A stretch of DNA of 64,000 nt, taken from the IMG/VR virus record IMGVR_UViG_3300037424_001372, positions 64,001 to 128,000 of that record; one strand, given 5' to 3'. Positions within the stretch are counted from its first letter, which is position 1, and each line of letters opens with the position of its first letter. The position numbers and the translations under genes were made by a program. This DNA is from a virus (lineage: Duplodnaviria; Heunggongvirae; Uroviricota; Caudoviricetes). The notes under the pieces are model-generated. The model was not told where the DNA came from. It did no database searches and was given only the letters and a program-made list of their open reading frames with translations. Positions 58,573 to 64,000 of the stretch are shown here, piece after piece.

Positions 58573-59204
58573 AAATTGCTAATATTATATATGGTGATGA
58601 ACTTATTAATCATACTAAAGTCCCATATATAAATTATATAAAAGAATCTAAAACATATAATGATTTAGATTCTTCATTACCAACATTATATGTTGGATGG
58701 TCATTTATGAAAGAATGTAATCTTAATAATAATGTTATGGAAAATGCTAATATCTTAAAGAAACATGTGATTTTAAATAAATTATATTGGGAATTTAGTT
58801 TTATTGAAAATAAAGCATCTCATGTCAAAGGAATTAATATGTTTGCTGATTTAGCTCCACAATATTATTTTACACCTAATTATGAATATATTAATTTAGA
58901 CCCTGTTTTTAATCAAATTAAAACTATTGAAGATTTTATTTCTTTATTACCCAATAAATTTGAATTAGGTTATAATTATAGAAATGAAGCCGTTTATTTA
59001 TTGTCTGACAATAAAATCTATGGAATAAATTTAAAAATGTTTGAATATTTTAAGTTCAGGAATATTGATATTTTAATTAAAATTCAATCAAAAACAAAGT
59101 CAATGATTTCTGATTATGATGGTAGTTATTATCAATCATATTATAAAAAATTCCCTAATTTTCCTCAATTAAAAAGATATATTGTAACCATGTTGTCAAA
59201 ATAG
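58569..59204 (+). CDS. Hypothetical protein (start revised to MKIANI)
   Basis: ATG overlaps the previous stop; LPTLYVGW motif. Confidence 0.6.
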   Translation: MKIANIIYGDELINHTKVPYINYIKESKTYNDLDSSLPTLYVGWSFMKECNLNNNVMENANILKKHVILNKLYWEFSFIENKASHVKGINMFADLAPQYYFTPNYEYINLDPVFNQIKTIEDFISLLPNKFELGYNYRNEAVYLLSDNKIYGINLKMFEYFKFRNIDILIKIQSKTKSMISDYDGSYYQSYYKKFPNFPQLKRYIVTMLSK

Positions 59205-59366
59205 TTTTTTACTATCGTTTATAATAAAAAAAATCATTTAATGTTTATGTTAAATGATTTTTTTATTTGAGATATAAATGGAATGTTGAAACTGCTTTTA
59301 ATATAGAAAATATTTAAAATAACATTATTTGTAATTTTTATAGTATTTATAATAAATTGTTTAATT

Positions 59367-59552
59367 ATGAAAAATGAAAATAATATTGGTAAAGCATTAG
59401 TTTCTTTTTTAGAAAATGAAAAAGAAATCAATAACGTTGATAATAATGTCGATTTAAATAAAAAAATTAAATCAGATAATTCAATCATTGAAAGAGTTGA
59501 TAAAATAATTATTGTTGGTGACAATAAAAATAGAATTTTATTAAAAGATTAA
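59367..59552 (+). CDS. Small late protein
   Basis: ATG 15 nt after TAGTATTTATA (59341-59351). Confidence 0.6.
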   Translation: MKNENNIGKALVSFLENEKEINNVDNNVDLNKKIKSDNSIIERVDKIIIVGDNKNRILLKD

Positions 59553-59563
59553 TTTATTTAACT

Positions 59564-60319
59564 ATGACAAATAAAATTAAATCGAATTTGTCTGAAGAAT
59601 ATTTAAGACAGTTCAGACATCGGGTGAATTATGTTGTAAATGAAAGTCCTAAATATCGTCCTTTGGTCGGTACTAGTGAGGAATTTGATGAAATGCCAAC
59701 ATTTACTAATGAAGCTGGGGAGCAAGATAATATACCTAAACCACCTAAACCAGAAGATGATAACACATCACCAGAATCAGCCAATAATCAATCACAGGAA
59801 ATAAACTCTCCAGTCCCAGCGTTTGATGCTGGCGAAACATCACCTGATGAAGTAGATAGTCCTATTGGAGACCCAATGACATCGAATTCATCAGACATGC
59901 CCTCCACTGAAATGCAACATCCTGAAAATCAAGTTAATGATATACAAAATGAAATTATTAAACACAATATTGAGGCAATGAAAAGTATTCACTCTCAATT
60001 AGAAAGTTTAAATAATACTGTTTTGGGTTTGAATAATAAATTAAATATATTAACAACAGATGTTGAAGAAGTTAGAGAACCAAGTAATTCAGAAAAATTA
60101 ATGAATAAAACTAATGTAAGCTATCCTTATTACTTTAATCTTAATGATTTATGGCACGATAACTGGTTTGATAAAAAACATGGTGATATAAAAAATGAAA
60201 AAGGTGAAGTTGAGGTTGAAAGAGGTATTAGAGAATTACCTGATGGTAGTTTTATTGCCGATTTTGATGAATTGCCTAAAAATTTAAATATTGAAGATAG
60301 TTTTAATGATATTAAATAA
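59564..60319 (+). CDS. Acidic putative head/internal protein
   Basis: Pro/Asp/Glu-rich disordered segment, coiled coil, SYPY...L.D.W. Confidence 0.55.
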   Translation: MTNKIKSNLSEEYLRQFRHRVNYVVNESPKYRPLVGTSEEFDEMPTFTNEAGEQDNIPKPPKPEDDNTSPESANNQSQEINSPVPAFDAGETSPDEVDSPIGDPMTSNSSDMPSTEMQHPENQVNDIQNEIIKHNIEAMKSIHSQLESLNNTVLGLNNKLNILTTDVEEVREPSNSEKLMNKTNVSYPYYFNLNDLWHDNWFDKKHGDIKNEKGEVEVERGIRELPDGSFIADFDELPKNLNIEDSFNDIK

Positions 60320-60759
60320 TGAAAGTTAATCATCCATATGGTTCAAAAGAAAGATTATTTGAAATGTTTAATAAAATTAATTGTATTAATGAAGATATTC
60401 TTCCTAAAGAGAATAAAATTGAGATAATTAATAAATTTATTAAAGAAGTTTCAGAATATCTTGGTGTTGATGATAATAAAATTGAAATATCATATAAACC
60501 CACTGAAGCTGCTGAAATGCAATCATTTGGTAAACACACTCCTAGTACAGGTATTATTAGAGTAGTCGCTATTAATAGAAATTTAGCAGATATTTTAAGA
60601 ACACTTGCACATGAAATGGTACATCGTAAACAAGAAAAAGAAGGTAGGTTATATGCAGGTGCTGGTGAAGATGGTACTGATATCGAAAATGAGGCTAATG
60701 CTGAAGCTGCAATAATAATGAGAAGGTTTGGTAAAGCCAATCCAATAATTTTTGAATAA
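60319..60759 (+). CDS. HEXXH (zincin-like) protein
   Basis: RTLAHEMVH..Q and downstream E.EAN. Confidence 0.7.
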   Translation: MKVNHPYGSKERLFEMFNKINCINEDILPKENKIEIINKFIKEVSEYLGVDDNKIEISYKPTEAAEMQSFGKHTPSTGIIRVVAINRNLADILRTLAHEMVHRKQEKEGRLYAGAGEDGTDIENEANAEAAIIMRRFGKANPIIFE

Positions 60760-60772
60760 AAAGACAGAAATA

Positions 60773-62200
60773 ATGAAAGTATATAATTCAATCGGAAGTA
60801 AAGAAAGATTTCTTGAAATGTTTAAAGGAATTAATAAAATTCAATTAAATGAAGATGTTATTAATTCTAATCAAATCGGTTATCGCTTACTTGAAAATGA
60901 GTTTAATAAATTAAAAAGCGGAAATGCTCGTATTAAACAAAAAAATACTCAAGTTGATGGTAAGAATAATTATGTTGAGGTTATTATTGGTGATGATAAT
61001 AGTGATGTTATATTTAGATTCAAAATAAATTCAACTGAAGGCGAACAAGACGATACATATGATGTTAATAACGCTAATTTGGTTGAATTTGATTTTAATT
61101 CTTCATCACAAAATATTGAATTGGATGAAACTAGTAAAGAAATTCAAAATTTTAATTCATCGCATAAACACGAAATAATGGACATTGTTACAGAATATGG
61201 TGATTTTGAAAGCGATGATATTGGTGTTGATGATGAATTATATGAAGAAGCAATTAAATTGATTGATAAAGTTCCATATAAAAATGGTACCGAAACTATG
61301 CAAACAAATAAAGCATATGTAGACCAAAAACCCACTAATTCAAAATTAAGAGTTAATGCTGATGAGTTAAATAAATTTGCTGTTAGTGAATCTGAAGACG
61401 AGTATATTAGAGATGATTATACTGAACCTAATAATGATGAAGATATGTTTGCTCTTCCTCCTGATTATAATCCTGCTGATTTACCTAAAGCAACTACCGA
61501 TGATAATAGTAAGGGTATTGACCCATATAATCAATTACATAGTGGTGAAGAGGAAGATGCTGATGCTGAAGAACAAACATTATTTAGTCAAGCATATGAT
61601 AATTTACTTTCTCGTGGAATGAGTATGCCTACAAGATTCTATATTGAAAAGGAAATGGAAAAAATTAAAAATGGTGATAAACCTGTTGAAAAGACAAGAG
61701 CATTTAGCAAGGAAAGACCTGAATGGGCGTTAGAAGAAGATGTTCACACACAAATAATGGCCGGAAATACTTATGACACATTATCTCCCGAATTAAAAAG
61801 AAAATTAATAATAAATGCCGATAAAATTTTATTTAATGAATTGGGTCAAAGATATCTCGAAATGCCAAATAATGAACATAATAGATTAATTAAAGATAAA
61901 GCAATTGAATTATATAGTGATTATGTTGGCAATACTTATAATTTAGGTAGATTTTCAACCGGTTTAAATGAAGATAATGAAAAAAGTTATCCTAAAGGAA
62001 TTGGGGGCGAATTTAAACCTGAACCACAAATACACGATAAAAAGAAAAAATCAAAATCAGTTGTTAAATTAAAGGAGGATGATGAAATGGACTTTGATGT
62101 TGATAATGTAATTGTTGATAAAGAAAAAAGGGGCAATATTATTTCAGGTGGTAAGGCAGATGATAATATACTTAATTTTAATATGGATTATTTTTTATAA
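60773..62200 (+). CDS. Acidic putative head/internal protein (start revised to MKVYNS)
   Basis: N-terminus similar to that of the preceding gene; many L-x-E sites. Confidence 0.55.
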   Translation: MKVYNSIGSKERFLEMFKGINKIQLNEDVINSNQIGYRLLENEFNKLKSGNARIKQKNTQVDGKNNYVEVIIGDDNSDVIFRFKINSTEGEQDDTYDVNNANLVEFDFNSSSQNIELDETSKEIQNFNSSHKHEIMDIVTEYGDFESDDIGVDDELYEEAIKLIDKVPYKNGTETMQTNKAYVDQKPTNSKLRVNADELNKFAVSESEDEYIRDDYTEPNNDEDMFALPPDYNPADLPKATTDDNSKGIDPYNQLHSGEEEDADAEEQTLFSQAYDNLLSRGMSMPTRFYIEKEMEKIKNGDKPVEKTRAFSKERPEWALEEDVHTQIMAGNTYDTLSPELKRKLIINADKILFNELGQRYLEMPNNEHNRLIKDKAIELYSDYVGNTYNLGRFSTGLNEDNEKSYPKGIGGEFKPEPQIHDKKKKSKSVVKLKEDDEMDFDVDNVIVDKEKRGNIISGGKADDNILNFNMDYFL

Positions 62201-62336
62201 TAGAAAACAACATTATGATTATAATGGAGAATTAAAGAAAAAAGATATTATTAGACAACAAGAAATTATAAGTGAGTTAAAATGTAAATTTTATAGATAT
62301 AACGAAAATAAAAATGTATTATATGAAATATTCTGA
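62197..62336 (+). pseudogene. C-terminal remnant of a Vsr/DUF559-like endonuclease
   Basis: KQHYDYNGELKKKDIIRQQEIISELKCKFYRYNE with no start and no upstream catalytic segment. Confidence 0.5.
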
Positions 62337-63111
62337 TTATATTAAAGATTTCCAATACATTGGAAATGGAAAAGGCATTAACACATCACCCAATGATGTT
62401 GATTTAAGTGAATTATTAGTTGGAATTGCTGTTGAATTTGAACATACTGATGATATTAATATGTCTACATCAATAGCACTTGACCATTTAAGTGAAAATG
62501 ATAAATATTATACAATATTAATTAATTCAGGTCTTGTAGATGAAAATAAATCAATACAATTGGCATTGAAATTTTTACAGGATGTTAATATAATGTATAA
62601 TAATGGCGAAGAAAAATCTCAAATTGAAAAAGATGATTCTAAACTTTATCCTGATAGTCGGAAAGAAATGAATGATATGAATGATATGATTTTAAGTCCA
62701 AATAGTCCACAATATTTAAATAATGATGATGATACTACCGATGAATTATTGGGTTATAAACCACATAATGTTGGCGATTATACTAATGAAGTTGATATTG
62801 TGAGCAGTAATGAATTAGATAATGGTGACCGTTATCAAAACACTAATGATAATAAAACATATACTGTTCAAGGAACTGAAAATAATAATAAAGAAGTAAA
62901 ACTCCAAGGTAATGATGGTACTGAAAAAGTTGTTTCTATTGATAATATGGATTTGTTAAAAAAATTGAGCGAAACAGAAATAAAAAATAATGATTTAATC
63001 ACGGAAGAACAAATTAAATTAGCAAGACAAGCCCTTAATAACAGAGGTATTATTAATAATATGACAAAACAAGAAGCTGTTAGATTATTGATTAAACATA
63101 ATATTAAATAA
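62314..63111 (+). CDS. DUF5661-like domain protein
   Basis: EL..GI.VE.EHTDD......IALDHL.E..KYY. Confidence 0.65.
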   Translation: MYYMKYSDYIKDFQYIGNGKGINTSPNDVDLSELLVGIAVEFEHTDDINMSTSIALDHLSENDKYYTILINSGLVDENKSIQLALKFLQDVNIMYNNGEEKSQIEKDDSKLYPDSRKEMNDMNDMILSPNSPQYLNNDDDTTDELLGYKPHNVGDYTNEVDIVSSNELDNGDRYQNTNDNKTYTVQGTENNNKEVKLQGNDGTEKVVSIDNMDLLKKLSETEIKNNDLITEEQIKLARQALNNRGIINNMTKQEAVRLLIKHNIK

Positions 63112-63128
63112 TTATTTAAAATTTTAAC

Positions 63129-63163
63129 AACAAAAAAGACTACTATGAGTAGTCTTTTTTGTT
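63129..63163 (+). terminator. Rho-independent terminator
   Basis: AACAAAAAAGACTACT-ATG-AGTAGTCTTTTTTGTT. Confidence 0.85.
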
Positions 63164-63191
63164 TGAGAGTATTTATATTAAAATATTATAT

Positions 63192-64000
63192 ATGAGTATT
63201 TTTCGTTCATACTATTCAAAAAATAATACTTTAATTAATTCGAACACAACAAATAATGGGCAAAATCCAGTGACTGAAATTGCTTATGGTTCACCTGAAG
63301 CAATTATTAGTAGATTTATTTTTGATGTTGATTTATCTAATCTTCTTAATAAAATAGATAATGGGTTTATTATACCTAATAATTTAACTCATATCTTACA
63401 TATGACAAACACAATTGCATATGCCCCACAATATGTTGGAAAAAAATCATATTCAACAAGTATTGATAGGGCTAATAGTTTTGAGTTAGAATTGTTTAAT
63501 ATTAATGAAGATTGGGATGAAGGTAGTGGTTATGATTTTTTCCTAGGCAATTATGTTCCATTAAATTTAACAGAACAAGCATCAAATTGGAAATATCGTA
63601 AAACAGATATATTATGGTCTACTGAAGGTATTTATGAAAGTGGAGTCACTCAAATATTTGGTTCTCAAACATTTGATAAGGGTAGTGAAATGTTAAGTAT
63701 TGATGTTACTGATTATATTAATCAAAGATTATTTAATAGCGGAACCACATATTCGGGAGATTCATATGGATTGGGTCTTAAATTCATTGATAATCTTGAA
63801 GAAATTAATACATTAAACACTCAAGCAGTGGCTTTTCATGCTAAAAATACTAATACTTGGTATGAACCATATATTGAAACTATTATAGATGATAGCATTA
63901 TTGATGATAGAAATTATTTTTATCAAAATAAAGATAATTATCTTTATTTATATGTTAATATTGGTGGAGCGAATCAAAACATTATTGTTAATAATGTTAT
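63192..64000 (+). CDS. Putative virion structural protein, 3'-truncated
   Basis: MSIFRSYYSKNNTLI..NPVTEI.YG..SRFIFD..WDEG.GYD; appears open to the window end; late motif at 63167-63177. Confidence 0.7.
   Translation, partial: MSIFRSYYSKNNTLINSNTTNNGQNPVTEIAYGSPEAIISRFIFDVDLSNLLNKIDNGFIIPNNLTHILHMTNTIAYAPQYVGKKSYSTSIDRANSFELELFNINEDWDEGSGYDFFLGNYVPLNLTEQASNWKYRKTDILWSTEGIYESGVTQIFGSQTFDKGSEMLSIDVTDYINQRLFNSGTTYSGDSYGLGLKFIDNLEEINTLNTQAVAFHAKNTNTWYEPYIETIIDDSIIDDRNYFYQNKDNYLYLYVNIGGANQNIIVNNV

Noticed and set aside
1237-61622. Many short alternative-frame or antisense ORFs in the track (e.g. 1237-1449, 3630-3896, 31036-31341, 44520-44864, 60330-60791)
   Set aside because: They are nested in well-supported genes, often with non-ATG starts and no motifs; they look like shadows of codon bias.
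62160-62340. Group I intron joining ORFs 60773 and 62314
   Set aside because: The interval is short and very AT-rich with no recognisable P7 or other core elements; a decayed nuclease remnant fits better.
1-64000. Stop-codon reassignment, as seen in some large Bacteroidota phages
   Set aside because: Core genes are full length in code 11, TAG and TGA end several genes, and the one interrupted frame (18668-18944) also contains TAA stops.
1-64000. tRNA/rRNA genes, CRISPR arrays, DGR or retron
   Set aside because: By eye, no cloverleaf or T-loop signatures, no repeat-spacer periodicity and no reverse transcriptase motif. A tRNAscan/Infernal run would be needed to exclude them fully.

Overview
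Very AT-rich segment of a large T4-like myovirus (jumbo-phage type) read in the standard genetic code, probably infecting a Bacteroidota host (TAnnTTTG promoters, A-rich starts mostly without Shine-Dalgarno sites, a Bacteroidota-style lipoprotein). It carries the virion module: intein-containing prohead protease, scaffold, gp23-like major capsid, neck proteins, tail sheath, tube, spike, tail chaperone with a likely -1 frameshift, tape measure and baseplate proteins. This is interleaved with opposite-strand blocks of metabolic genes (intein-containing UvrD helicase, thyA, dut, HAD enzymes, a gp55-like sigma factor, glycosyltransferases). Main points of interest: (1) six paralogous nuclease/Mom-like GNAT fusion genes placed beside core virion genes, several carrying variable-number 23-aa 'KYGV' repeat arrays that are also joined to an HNH nuclease; (2) an eight-gene glycan cluster including a ketoreductase/C-methyltransferase fusion; (3) a candidate late promoter, GTATTTAT, which is the reverse complement of the T4 late promoter; (4) a hairpin-rich 420-nt non-coding region; (5) putative head proteins sharing an N-terminal leader. 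All family assignments come from motif recognition by eye; no database search was run.
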